Shown here piece after piece: positions 9,612 through 18,187 of a stretch of 51,530 nt of DNA. The DNA lies in contig JBIIEK010000002.1 of the NCBI GenBank assembly GCA_044237895.1, positions 1 to 51,530 of the forward strand, in the 5' to 3' direction. A model generated the notes under the pieces. It was not told the DNA's origin, ran no database searches, and was given only the letters and a program-made list of their open reading frames with translations. Position 1 is the first letter of the stretch, and the number at the start of each line of letters is the position of its first letter. A program made the translations under genes and the position numbers. Source of the stretch: Bdellovibrionota bacterium. Its GTDB lineage: Bacteria; Bdellovibrionota_C; UBA2361; OMII01.

Positions 9612-10346
9612 TTAGCCGTTCGCCGCTCTGTTTACGACGATCGCCGAGTTCCCTTTACGGTCTGGCTGTGAGAGGTCTTCATTCGACGGAAGTTGCCGTG
9701 TGCTCTCCGAGCTTCCAAGGCCAAACCAGTCGAGAAGGTTTCTCATCGTTGAACGTGGGCGATTCTGAAGGCCGATAAGCTGCCTGATCGCCTGCGTCTC
9801 TGAGAGCAGCAGCACCTGATCTCTGTCGCCTTTCTCTTCAAGCTTCTCTACTCGGGTTCTCAGCCAATCGCGCTGAGAACGGAGATCGACAAGCTCAGAG
9901 TCCTTCATGTCCAGAATTCGCTCTTGTAGATTAACAAGGTTGCGAAGTCGTTGAAGCTCCTCGTGTAACGTTTCGAGCTCTTTGGAGTTCTGCTGCGGAG
10001 TTACCTGATCATCCTGAATGACCACCTTCTCGGCGATTGGGGCGGGGGATACAGGCGTGTAGTAGCTTGACGCAGTGTCAGCATCTGGACGGAACGTTGT
10101 CTGCGTACTCTTGCACGCCATCTCAACCTTGCCCGTTGGAGCTGGTTGTGTTGGAGCGCTCCCTGTAGGCGACGCTTGAAAGGTACCGAATATCTCATTG
10201 ATCTGAGATGCAGAGTACATGCGAGATCCATCGTTTTGGATCTCGACCGCTAGGTAGCCAGCCTCGCTGAATCTCGTAAGGGTCTTTGCAGACACCCCAG
10301 CCTGTTTTGCCGCGTCTTTCTCTGAGATAAGTTCTTTCACTGCCAT
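9612..10346 (-). CDS. MerR-like HTH protein with a C-terminal coiled coil
   Basis: N-terminal ISEKDAAKQAGVSAKTLTRFSEAGYL resembles a MerR-type HTH. A low-complexity linker follows, then heptad-like ELETLHEELQRLRNLVNLQERILDMKDSELVDLRSQRDWLRTRVEKLEE. Confidence 0.55.
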   Translation of the reverse strand: MAVKELISEKDAAKQAGVSAKTLTRFSEAGYLAVEIQNDGSRMYSASQINEIFGTFQASPTGSAPTQPAPTGKVEMACKSTQTTFRPDADTASSYYTPVSPAPIAEKVVIQDDQVTPQQNSKELETLHEELQRLRNLVNLQERILDMKDSELVDLRSQRDWLRTRVEKLEEKGDRDQVLLLSETQAIRQLIGLQNRPRSTMRNLLDWFGLGSSESTRQLPSNEDLSQPDRKGNSAIVVNRAANG

Positions 10347-10354
10347 GATACCTC

Positions 10355-11848
10355 CTAGCGATAGTTCATCTCACGTACTTCAAGGATTGAGGTCGAGCCG
10401 GGGGTGCGGGTTGAGCGACCACCGGTAACAACCGAGCGCGATCCGTTTGCGAGCTGTTGTCGCGCCTGGACTATCTTGAGGGCCTCTTCAACCTCGGTCT
10501 CGTGGCTCTGTCCATGAGTGAACGAGATAGGTCGAACTCCCCAGTAGAGCGCCATGCGACGGAGCGAGGTCTCTTTATTCGAGAGGCCGTAGAGCGGCTG
10601 GTTCGGCCGATACTTCGCGATGAGTCGAGCTGAGGTTCCTGTCTCTGTACATGCGATGATGGCGGCGGCAGATGTCTTAATAGCTGCCGCGCAGGCTGCA
10701 TACGCGATCGCGTCAGGAACCGTTGCTGTGTCTGAATCGCGAAGACGGAGCTTGTACTCCTCGAAAGCGAAGGTTTGCTCTGCTGCTAGAGCTACGCGGC
10801 TCAGGTATCGAACGCACTCCTGCGGGTGCTCGCCGATGGCGGTTTCATCCGACAACATGACAGCATCAGCACCGCTCATAACTGCCGCGGCGATATCTGA
10901 GACCTCTGCGCGAGTTGGGCGGACAGCTGTGATCATTGAGTGCATCATCTGTGTTGCCACGATGACCGGAACTCCCCGGTAGTTTGATTCCTCAATGAGT
11001 CGACGCTGAAGCATTGGGAGCTGCTCAAGAGGAACCTCAAGACCGAGGTCTCCGCGAGCCACCATCAATCCATCCGATGCGGCGATAATCTCGTCGATAT
11101 TTTCAAGCGCGATGCGGCGCTCGATCTTTGCGATGATGCCGGCTGACGAGCCCTTGTCATTGATAACGTGACGTAGCTTGATGACGTCCTCCGCTGAACG
11201 AACGAAGGAGATGGCAACGTAGTCCACGCCGTTTTTAATACCCCATTCAAGATCGTGCAGATCTTTCTTTGTCGTGGCGGGAAGGTCCACATCGCTGTCC
11301 GGAAAAGCTATTCCAACCCTGGAGCGGATCCTGCCACCCTTTGCGACGCGACAGACAACGTGATCGCTTTTTACCTCTTCAGCGGTCAGCTCAAGGAGTC
11401 CGTCTGCAAGAAATACGCGGTGCCCAGATTTCAGAGCCTTCATCGGATTAACCGCTTCGACGAAGATCGCAGTAGCATTAGAGAGCTGCCCCTCTGATAC
11501 GCGGAGCTGAATCGTGTCGCCATCCGAGATCGGACAGAAGTCGCCCTCTACGTTCGAGATTCGGATCTTTGGACCTGAGAGGTCCTGAAGGATAGCTACC
11601 CAGGCACCCATCTCGGCCGACACCTTTCGAACGTCCTTAAGGACCGCGAGGTGCTCTTCGTGGCTTCCGTGAGAAAAATTAAGTCTGAATACGTTCGCTC
11701 CAGCCTCGATAAGGCTGCGGATCTTTTCCGGGCCGCGAGAGGAGGGGCCAAGGGTAGCGACTATCTTGGTGCGGCGATCCCTTAGAATGGACTCCTCTGA
11801 TGGCTCCTGGCGATTCCACAATGTTTTCGTAAGTGATTCGAGACCCAT
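10355..11848 (-). CDS. pyk: Pyruvate kinase
   Basis: Contains RRTKIVATLGPSS, FRLNFSHGSHEEH, MVARGDLGLEVP and ATQMMHSM. Length is 497 aa. Confidence 0.95.
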   Translation of the reverse strand: MGLESLTKTLWNRQEPSEESILRDRRTKIVATLGPSSRGPEKIRSLIEAGANVFRLNFSHGSHEEHLAVLKDVRKVSAEMGAWVAILQDLSGPKIRISNVEGDFCPISDGDTIQLRVSEGQLSNATAIFVEAVNPMKALKSGHRVFLADGLLELTAEEVKSDHVVCRVAKGGRIRSRVGIAFPDSDVDLPATTKKDLHDLEWGIKNGVDYVAISFVRSAEDVIKLRHVINDKGSSAGIIAKIERRIALENIDEIIAASDGLMVARGDLGLEVPLEQLPMLQRRLIEESNYRGVPVIVATQMMHSMITAVRPTRAEVSDIAAAVMSGADAVMLSDETAIGEHPQECVRYLSRVALAAEQTFAFEEYKLRLRDSDTATVPDAIAYAACAAAIKTSAAAIIACTETGTSARLIAKYRPNQPLYGLSNKETSLRRMALYWGVRPISFTHGQSHETEVEEALKIVQARQQLANGSRSVVTGGRSTRTPGSTSILEVREMNYR

Positions 11849-12164
11849 GTAACTACCTCATAAAAAAGTGAGAGAATCGGAGCGCTCTGCTGGGAGCCTA
11901 AACGTGACGAGCAGGCAATCTCGGTTTCGACCAGCGCCGCGATTTCGGAGGTGAGAATAAGCCCCGAGGGGGGTTTTTACAAGGTACAGAGATCTCTAAT
12001 AATTAGTTCTTTTTTGTGCCAAAGTTCGGGGTGTTAGGGGTGTCGACGTGGTTCTTGTTAGGGGCCGCCAGCGTTCGACCAAACCCGCAACGAGCGTTCC
12101 TGGTGGACTGGCGGCCTCAGGGCCCAGGTTACGAATCTTGTGCGTATTTAATTTTGCGGGTTCC

Positions 12165-13367
12165 TTAGGCCGGCGCATGGGGCGGTAGGAAGCTCGCCCG
12201 CTCCGCCACTTCTAAAGCCTTCAAGACCTGATCCGGGGTTGCCGCTTTGGATGAGAGGAGCATCAGCAGCTCCTCTGCCAGGGAGGTTCCTTGGAGGGAC
12301 GGCGCGTCTGTTGAGAAGGTGTACTCAATACCGTAATCGTCGAGTGTGGAGAGGATCCGTCCATATTCCGGGAGATCTTTCACCGCGCCTGTGAGCAGGT
12401 TCGATTTCACGCACAGCTCGCACACTATCCCGCGCTCTTTAAGTATCTTGATGCCGCGATCGTCTTTCTTGTCCCACAGCGCTCGGATGGCTGCGATAGG
12501 ATGTCCAACGCGCGTTGGTTTCAGTGCCTCGATCGTTTTAATGAAGGTCTCGACATCGACGTGTGTGGTTTCGCCGACGTGAACGGTTCGGCCCAGACCT
12601 GGACCAGCCTCTTCAAAAACGATCCGCATCTCTTCAAGTTTGCGTGGTGACGAGAGGGGGTTTACGGATTCGTGTCCTGCGAGATCGATGCCGATGATCT
12701 TGTTTGTCTTCTCTTTCCACAGGCGAGTCTTGCGCGCGAGGGCCATGTTGGCCTCGAAGGTCAGATCGCGACCGAAGCAGAAGATGTGACCAACCTGGAT
12801 TTGGCCGTGAAAACCTATCTCAACCTCTTCGACCGCGTTGACCGCAGATTTGATCACGCGGTCCATGTCGTAGAGACCTGCGTGGCTTCCCTTGAGGAAT
12901 ACGGCGCCAGTTCGTTTGAGTGGATTCCAGCGAAGCTCGAATCGTCGAATAGCAAAGAGGCCTTCAGGAGATCCACCTTCGCCACCTGGCCCAAGCTTGA
13001 TCATACCGCCGGTGCGATACGCGCGGTGGATTGCGATGATGATACTTTCACGAACCGAAGCTGGGCCTGATTGAATGAGCTCGATCTTGTCATACACCTC
13101 TAGGTAGCTATCGAGGTCCTTCACCTTACCGTCTTGAATCTTGATGATGTTGATGAAGTCTTCGTAGCCTGAGCCGATACCTCGAATTCCGCGGTCTACA
13201 GCGATCTCCCAAAGCCGATAGAGGGGAACTGAGCCTCCGAGATGCACATGAAGCTCCGTCACGTGTCGAGGCCACTTGATATTGAGCTTTTCAAGGAGGG
13301 CGTCCGTTTCGCTACTGGTGAGTTGGGGGGCGCCGTAAGGGGGAGGGGGATTTTTTACAACCGTCAT
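12165..13367 (-). CDS. Adenosine-deaminase-family amidohydrolase (COG1816-like)
   Basis: Metal and catalytic motifs ELHVHLGGS, VHVGE and FSTDAPS are present. At 400 aa it is longer than classical Add. Confidence 0.75.
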   Translation of the reverse strand: MTVVKNPPPPYGAPQLTSSETDALLEKLNIKWPRHVTELHVHLGGSVPLYRLWEIAVDRGIRGIGSGYEDFINIIKIQDGKVKDLDSYLEVYDKIELIQSGPASVRESIIIAIHRAYRTGGMIKLGPGGEGGSPEGLFAIRRFELRWNPLKRTGAVFLKGSHAGLYDMDRVIKSAVNAVEEVEIGFHGQIQVGHIFCFGRDLTFEANMALARKTRLWKEKTNKIIGIDLAGHESVNPLSSPRKLEEMRIVFEEAGPGLGRTVHVGETTHVDVETFIKTIEALKPTRVGHPIAAIRALWDKKDDRGIKILKERGIVCELCVKSNLLTGAVKDLPEYGRILSTLDDYGIEYTFSTDAPSLQGTSLAEELLMLLSSKAATPDQVLKALEVAERASFLPPHAPA

Positions 13368-13541
13368 GGACGACCATTACTCGAAAAAATGGGGGGAGGC
13401 AACGACCTTTAGGCGCATCGGAAAGCTGGGGGAGTGGCATCATATAGGGGACCCCCTTGTACTCTTAGGCCCGCTTCATGCGTGCAAGTACCTGTAAGGG
13501 CTCACGGCTAACCATCGTTTGTACACGGACGCAAGAAACTC

Positions 13542-14345
13542 ATGACCTCTCAAGAATCCTCATCCAGCAGCCAGGGACAACAATATCTCAGTAAGAAAGT
13601 AATGATAAACGGGCAGTTCGTTACCCTTTACAGCCTTAATGGGCTTACCTGGCTCTCTTCGCCAGAGGACCTCCAAAATACCATGGAGCGATTGGATAGC
13701 TCTCGCGTAACCTTCAACGACCAGAAGGGTGACAAGGCGGAGAAGGACAGCAAGGACGCTAAAGACGGAAAAGGTGATAAGGGCGATAAGGGCGAGAAGC
13801 AACCCGCGCAAATGCCTAAACTGGCCTCGTCGCAGTATCGTATGAAGGGGCCAAAGCCACGACCTATCCTTCGCCAAGGTGGAAAAGTTGTTGAGGGGCC
13901 TCCGATTGAGCCTCCATCTGCTGCTGCGGTTAATATGAAGACCGGACTTGAGGCGCTCCCGCAGATCAAACTAACCCCAGCGGAGAAGGGGCCTCGTCGT
14001 GGAAAGCTTGTAGCTCCCCTTGCTCAGCGTCGACCAGGGCAGGTGAAGCCACCAAAGGCGGCTCCCCCGGCGAAGGTACAAGGTGGCAAGGGTGCCGTTG
14101 CTGCTAAGGGCAAGGCTGTTCCTCCTGTCGCACCAGTTTCAGTAAAAGGTGGTAAGAAGGTAGCAGCACCTGTTGCTGCCAAGCCGAAGAAAGTAGCGCA
14201 ACCTCCTGTTAAGGTCACAAAGGCCCCGCCGGTCGCAAAGAAGGTGGCAAAGCCTCAGAAGGTTGCTAAGAAGGCCGTTACGAAGCCAGCTAAGGTTAAA
14301 AAGGCTGCGCCGAAGCCTGCGGCAAAGAAGCGCTCTAAGCGTTAA
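13542..14345 (+). CDS. Histone H1-like, Lys/Ala/Pro-rich basic protein
   Basis: The C-terminal half is a run of AKK/PKK/VAK repeats (KVAKPQKVAKKAVTKPAKVKKAAPKPAAKKRSKR). The N-terminal roughly 60 aa look globular. Confidence 0.6.
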   Translation: MTSQESSSSSQGQQYLSKKVMINGQFVTLYSLNGLTWLSSPEDLQNTMERLDSSRVTFNDQKGDKAEKDSKDAKDGKGDKGDKGEKQPAQMPKLASSQYRMKGPKPRPILRQGGKVVEGPPIEPPSAAAVNMKTGLEALPQIKLTPAEKGPRRGKLVAPLAQRRPGQVKPPKAAPPAKVQGGKGAVAAKGKAVPPVAPVSVKGGKKVAAPVAAKPKKVAQPPVKVTKAPPVAKKVAKPQKVAKKAVTKPAKVKKAAPKPAAKKRSKR

Positions 14346-14346
14346 T

Positions 14347-15402
14347 TTACTGAGTCAGGGTCAACGAGAGGTTTGAGAAGGGGAGCTGCTCATCCGAGAG
14401 TTGAGCCCCAACTGTATCCTCCGGCTGCGTAGTGATGGCCGACAACCTAGCGGTCGCTGTCTGGGCTCCCTTGTCCAGGGCGATCACAATCCTTGACTGC
14501 CGTTGCGATCGCACGTCTCGACCCTCACGTGATTCCGTAACGTAAAATGTAAGAACGCCCTCCCACACTCCGTTCGATATCTCCTTAAGAAAGGTGGGGT
14601 CTCCTTCGACCCTTTTCAACGTTTGAACGATACCCTCTTTCGTCGCCACAGGGGTGACAGTGAATGAGCGTATCGATGCAGCTGTCGAGCTCACAAGTGC
14701 TTTCAACTCGACTGAGTAGCCAGCCACCTCGGAAGCTCCCGCGAGAGGCTTTGATGCGTCGTGCTTTATCTCTGTTGTCGCCGTGAGTACGGGCGGCGCT
14801 GCAGAGACTGGGGAGTTCCAGCTCTGTTTGTGGGCGGAGCCTTGTGGATTCTGCAGAGAGAGGGCCGCTGCTATGATCATTCCTCCGATGAGGAGCGATA
14901 CCGCTACAGTTTTGACTCCGAGGCGGTTTGAGCTTTGCGCCGTCGCACCGTCCCGAGTTCTCTTTCTCCGTCGAAACATCTCCGCGTGTTCGATCGAGGC
15001 CGCGGCTTTTGGGTTGAGCAGATAGAGCGAGCTTCCGATCGGAGAGACCGCGGAGCGGTGCCGATCGTTGATGATGGGAACATTCGTGTCTTGTCGAAAA
15101 AGTCGGTGCAGGTCCTGAGTTGACGGAAGGGGGGTGTATTCAAGCGAACTGGGCGCGCTCTCTTCGGCGACCTCAACGAGCGCTCCGATCTCGCGCAAAA
15201 CCTTAGCGAGTGCCTCCAGCTCCTCTGGAGAATTGCTGTGGGTCAGAACGACCGTTTTTTCTGGACCAGCGAGTTGGAGTGTCTGTTCAGGAAGGAGGTC
15301 GAAATTAGCTTCGCAGAAATCCCGAAACCGTTGCATCGTCTCCGGGTCTTCGTGTTCGAAACCTCTAAAATTGAGCGAGAAATCGCGAGTAGTGAGTTCC
15401 AT
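14347..15402 (-). CDS. Hypothetical single-pass membrane protein
   Basis: One central TM (VAVSLLIGGMIIAAALSL). The N-terminal cytoplasmic part contains SPEELEALAKVLREIGALVEV, reminiscent of the L7/L12 C-terminal helix pattern. No assignable function. Confidence 0.5.
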   Translation of the reverse strand: MELTTRDFSLNFRGFEHEDPETMQRFRDFCEANFDLLPEQTLQLAGPEKTVVLTHSNSPEELEALAKVLREIGALVEVAEESAPSSLEYTPLPSTQDLHRLFRQDTNVPIINDRHRSAVSPIGSSLYLLNPKAAASIEHAEMFRRRKRTRDGATAQSSNRLGVKTVAVSLLIGGMIIAAALSLQNPQGSAHKQSWNSPVSAAPPVLTATTEIKHDASKPLAGASEVAGYSVELKALVSSTAASIRSFTVTPVATKEGIVQTLKRVEGDPTFLKEISNGVWEGVLTFYVTESREGRDVRSQRQSRIVIALDKGAQTATARLSAITTQPEDTVGAQLSDEQLPFSNLSLTLTQ

Positions 15403-15780
15403 GAGAGCGTACTGCCTGGATAAGAAGTGATGTGTAAGGTTCGGAAGAGAAGGGCGGAAGGTTTAGAAAGGACCGCCTAAAAAACGACGGATCGTAAAGT
15501 TTTTTATAGGAGCTTTTTTCGCTGGGCTCTGCGTGTTCCTCGCGGCGGTCCTCCGGCATGTGTTTAGGCTAGTTTGAGGCGGTAAGTGCTCGAAACTTAA
15601 CAGGCGGGCCTCTTACAGGAGCCTTTCTGCCCCTCGGTTTCGCCCGGAATCCCTCTATCGTGGATCCGTAAACTGGGATACTTGAAGGGGAGGTCCCGGT
15701 ATAACCACCTGACTCGGTTGTGGTTTGAGTTACCACCGTGAAAAAGGGTACAGTACAGGGGATGTCGTAGGGGTGTTTTC

Positions 15781-16278
15781 ATGAGCTACATAGAGAATAA
15801 CTTAATGGAAGATGAGTCGATGGTGCATCTGACTCGCCTTCACCCGATCGTGCTGCTCAGCCCTGCGATGGCGGTGTCTTTTTTGGCGGGCACATGGACG
15901 ATCGTCCGAGACGTTGAGCTCGTGAACCTTGCGGTTCTCTGCTTCTTGGTGGTCGCTCTTTACAGGCTCCTCGACCGAATTATTTTCTACGTCACCTCAG
16001 AGTTTGGTGTGACGTCTAAGCGGGTACTCGGTAAGACAGGCTTCGTTCGCCGCCGGTCTCTCGACATCGTCTTAGCTAAAGTCGAAGCGATTCGCCTCTC
16101 CCAGAGTATCCTTGGTCGAATCATGAACTACGGAGACCTAGAGGTTACCGGTACCGGCGGAACCGAGGAGGTTCTGCGTTTCATTCCAGATCCTCTTCTC
16201 TTTAGAAAGAGCGTTCAAGAGCAGCTCGCGGATATTGAAGGTGGAATCCGCAGCGAAGTCGACTCTGCGCGCCGTTGA
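15781..16278 (+). CDS. Bacterial PH-domain (bPH_2/DUF304, YdbT-like) membrane protein
   Basis: Two N-terminal TM helices, then YVTSEFGVTSKRVLGKTGFVRRRSLDIVLAKVEAI...GDLEV, which is typical of bPH_2. Confidence 0.7.
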   Translation: MSYIENNLMEDESMVHLTRLHPIVLLSPAMAVSFLAGTWTIVRDVELVNLAVLCFLVVALYRLLDRIIFYVTSEFGVTSKRVLGKTGFVRRRSLDIVLAKVEAIRLSQSILGRIMNYGDLEVTGTGGTEEVLRFIPDPLLFRKSVQEQLADIEGGIRSEVDSARR

Positions 16279-16369
16279 TTTCTTCGTTGCTTCTACGTCG
16301 TATTCTTTAAGCACAGAAAGAACTTTTTTATCGATACTCCTTGCCGTGCTAGGTTTTTAAGGAGCGTCG

Positions 16370-17395
16370 ATGGACGGAGAAGATACAGTTGCAAGTAACG
16401 ACCTCTCAGCCGCTTTGATAGCGGTTAGTTTGGCGCCTGCCCGCATGCGAGTCGAATTGACCCAAGCTATTGTGCAGGCTGAGTTTAGGAATGACGCCGT
16501 TTCTGCGGTTCCAGAGGAGCTGCTTCGCCGAGGGCATCACTATCTCTCCGAGAGTAAGCGCATGGGGCTATCCCTTATTACGTACACTTCGGTCCATTAT
16601 CCCTCTCAACTCCGCGCTATAGATCTTCCGCCCCTCGTTCTCTTTGTAAAGAGTAAGCACGGTAAGTTTACCTTCCCGAAAAGGATCGTTGGAGTTGTGG
16701 GAGCTCGTGCCGCGTCGATCGATACGTGTCACCTCACGTCCCGCATAGCGCACCGCCTCGCCGAGTGTGGGTTTTCTGTCGCGAGTGGGCTCGCGCTTGG
16801 AGTTGATGCGGCGGCTCACCGTGGAGCGCTTGAAGCGAGTGGGCCGTGTCCAACGTGTGCGGTTGTGGCTCACGGGCTTGACCTCGTGTATCCACCCTCG
16901 CATCGGGCACTTTCAGAGCTCATCGTCGCGCAAGGAGGCGCGATACTCTCTGAATATCCACCGGGAATCGCTGCGCACAAACATCACTTTCTAGAAAGGA
17001 ATCGAATCATCGCTGGACTCTCTCAAGGAGTTGTTGTCATCGCGGCCGGAGAGCGGAGTGGTTCGCTCGTCACAGCGCGTTGTGCTGCGGATTATGGAAG
17101 AGATGTTTTTGTGCTCCAGGGTGATGAACACGATCCAGGAGAGCGGGGCGCGCAAAGGTTACTAGAAGATGGGGCTATCCCGATCACCGGTGCCGAGGAA
17201 GTCTTAGCGGAATACGGGTTGGCCATTCCCGCTCAGGAGGGGAGTAAGGCGACGGGGCGGCCGGGATGGATGACCGTCTCGATGGCAGAGTGTAGGGCCC
17301 GTTTTGGACTCTCTGAAGCTGAAATACTCCGTATGGAGCTTGCGGGAAGGGTGGTTAGGCTGCCCGGGAACAGGGTCTCTATCCAGGTCGATTAG
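16370..17395 (+). CDS. dprA: DNA-processing protein DprA (Smf)
   Basis: Contains VGVVGARAAS, SGLALGVDAAAHRGAL, VVAHGLD.VYPP.H and ERNRIIAGLS.GVVV. AAGGAG lies 5 nt upstream of the ATG. Confidence 0.88.
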   Translation: MDGEDTVASNDLSAALIAVSLAPARMRVELTQAIVQAEFRNDAVSAVPEELLRRGHHYLSESKRMGLSLITYTSVHYPSQLRAIDLPPLVLFVKSKHGKFTFPKRIVGVVGARAASIDTCHLTSRIAHRLAECGFSVASGLALGVDAAAHRGALEASGPCPTCAVVAHGLDLVYPPSHRALSELIVAQGGAILSEYPPGIAAHKHHFLERNRIIAGLSQGVVVIAAGERSGSLVTARCAADYGRDVFVLQGDEHDPGERGAQRLLEDGAIPITGAEEVLAEYGLAIPAQEGSKATGRPGWMTVSMAECRARFGLSEAEILRMELAGRVVRLPGNRVSIQVD

Positions 17396-17423
17396 AGATA
17401 ACCCCCTGATGAAGGCGGGTATA

Positions 17424-17452
17424 TTGACTTGCATCCGTGGCTTATTTACTCT
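17424..17452 (+). promoter_or_regulatory. Candidate sigma70-type promoter for tRNA-His
   Basis: TTGACT (17424-17429), a 17-nt spacer, then TACTCT (17447-17452), about 20 nt upstream of the tRNA 5' end. Confidence 0.35.
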
Positions 17453-17473
17453 GCTGGCTCGTTTGATTCGAAT

Positions 17474-17550
17474 GGTGGCTATAGCTCAGTTGGTAGAGCA
17501 TCGGATTGTGGTTCCGAGGGTCGTGGGTTCAAGCCCCATTAGCCACCCCA
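17474..17550 (+). tRNA. tRNA-His (anticodon GTG), with encoded G-1 and CCA
   Basis: Folds as a cloverleaf. Acceptor GTGGCTA pairs with TAGCCAC, and an extra 5' G pairs with discriminator C. D-arm AGCTCAGTTGGTAGAGC. Anticodon stem TCGGA/TCCGA with loop TTGTGGT. T-arm GTGGGTTCAAGCCCCAT. 3' CCA is encoded. Confidence 0.93.
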
Positions 17551-18105
17551 TCAGTTCCTATCCAAACTTGGCTGCGCCAAGATTTGGATGACGGGTTAGG
17601 GTGTCCCCTAACAACCCCAGCGTTTCCCGCTCGGCGCTCGCGCCCAGGGGCTGCCGCCCCTCTCGCCCCTGATCGGGGCTTCACCCCGCCTGATAGACAT
17701 TTCTTGAGCTTTCAGAAGTTGGGTGCAGTTTGGATGCACGCTCGGAATTACATCTATGATTCGAGGTGTTACAGAAATTTAGATACTCCACCCCAGTTTC
17801 TTCCACTCGGCGTTCACGCCCAGGGGGTGCCGCCCCTCTCGCCCCTGATCGGGGCTTCACCCCGCTCCTGTGACATTTCTACACGTTTCGGACGTTGGAT
17901 GCAGTTTGGATGCACGCTTCGAAATACATCTGTGTTTTCGGCTGGTACACGAATTTAGATGCTCCATCATTTCCTATCCAAACTTGGCTGCGCCAAGATT
18001 TGGATGACGGGTTAGGGTGTCCCCTAACAACCCCAGCGTTTCCCGCTCGGCGCTCGCGCCCAGGGGCTGCCGCCCCTATGGCCTCTTAACGGGTCTTCAC
18101 CCCGC
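17551..18105. repeat. tRNA-His-linked tandem array of three related, highly structured units
   Basis: 17555-17661 and 17971-18077 are identical over 107 nt. The sub-block CTCGGCG..CGCCCAGGGG..GCCGCCCCT..CACCCCGC recurs at 17630, 17806 and 18046. The block GACATTTCT..GCAGTTTGGATGCACGC..TTTAGAT.CTCCA recurs at 17696 and 17872. Confidence 0.85.
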
Positions 18106-18118
18106 TCTAAAAGAAGAA

Positions 18119-18160
18119 CACCCCTGCCGAATTGATCCTTCGACAGGGGTGTTTGTTGTT
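18119..18160. terminator. Bidirectional intrinsic terminator
   Basis: CACCCCTGCCG (11-nt loop) CGACAGGGGTG forms 10 bp with one mismatch, followed by TTTGTTGTT on the + strand. On the - strand the same stem is followed by TTCTTCTTTT. It closes the tRNA/repeat transcript and the convergent gene 18188..18877. Confidence 0.6.
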
Positions 18161-18187
18161 ACGCGTTTTCGCGAGACTCTCGCTCGA

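Noticed and set aside
11962-11980. CCCC-gag-GGGG followed by a T-run on the + strand between pyk and the deaminase-like gene, considered as a terminator.
   Set aside because: The stem is only 4 bp and there is no + strand gene upstream. It is too weak to call.
12063-12116. A 9-bp stem (GGCCGCCAG / CTGGCGGCC) with a 36-nt loop just downstream of the minus-strand deaminase-like gene.
   Set aside because: No U-tract follows on the relevant strand and the loop is large. It may contribute to 3'-end stability but cannot be called a terminator.
15597-15782. SRP RNA or RNase P RNA in the long intergenic region; also the 61-aa ORF at 15597..15782.
   Set aside because: The conserved SRP domain IV and RNase P P4 motifs were not found on either strand. 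The small ORF has no RBS or start context and a biased composition.
17506-18089. ORFs 17506..17958 and 17895..18089 overlap the tRNA-His 3' end and the tandem array.
   Set aside because: They start inside the tRNA and run through the repeated non-coding units. Their Pro/Arg/Gly-rich low-complexity translations are typical of GC-rich repeats read in frame. They are not credible genes.
17551-18105. Possible CRISPR array (also considered for 27197-27481).
   Set aside because: The repeat units are long (over 100 nt), of unequal length and contiguous. There are no uniform 25-40 nt repeats alternating with unique spacers, and no cas genes are in the window.
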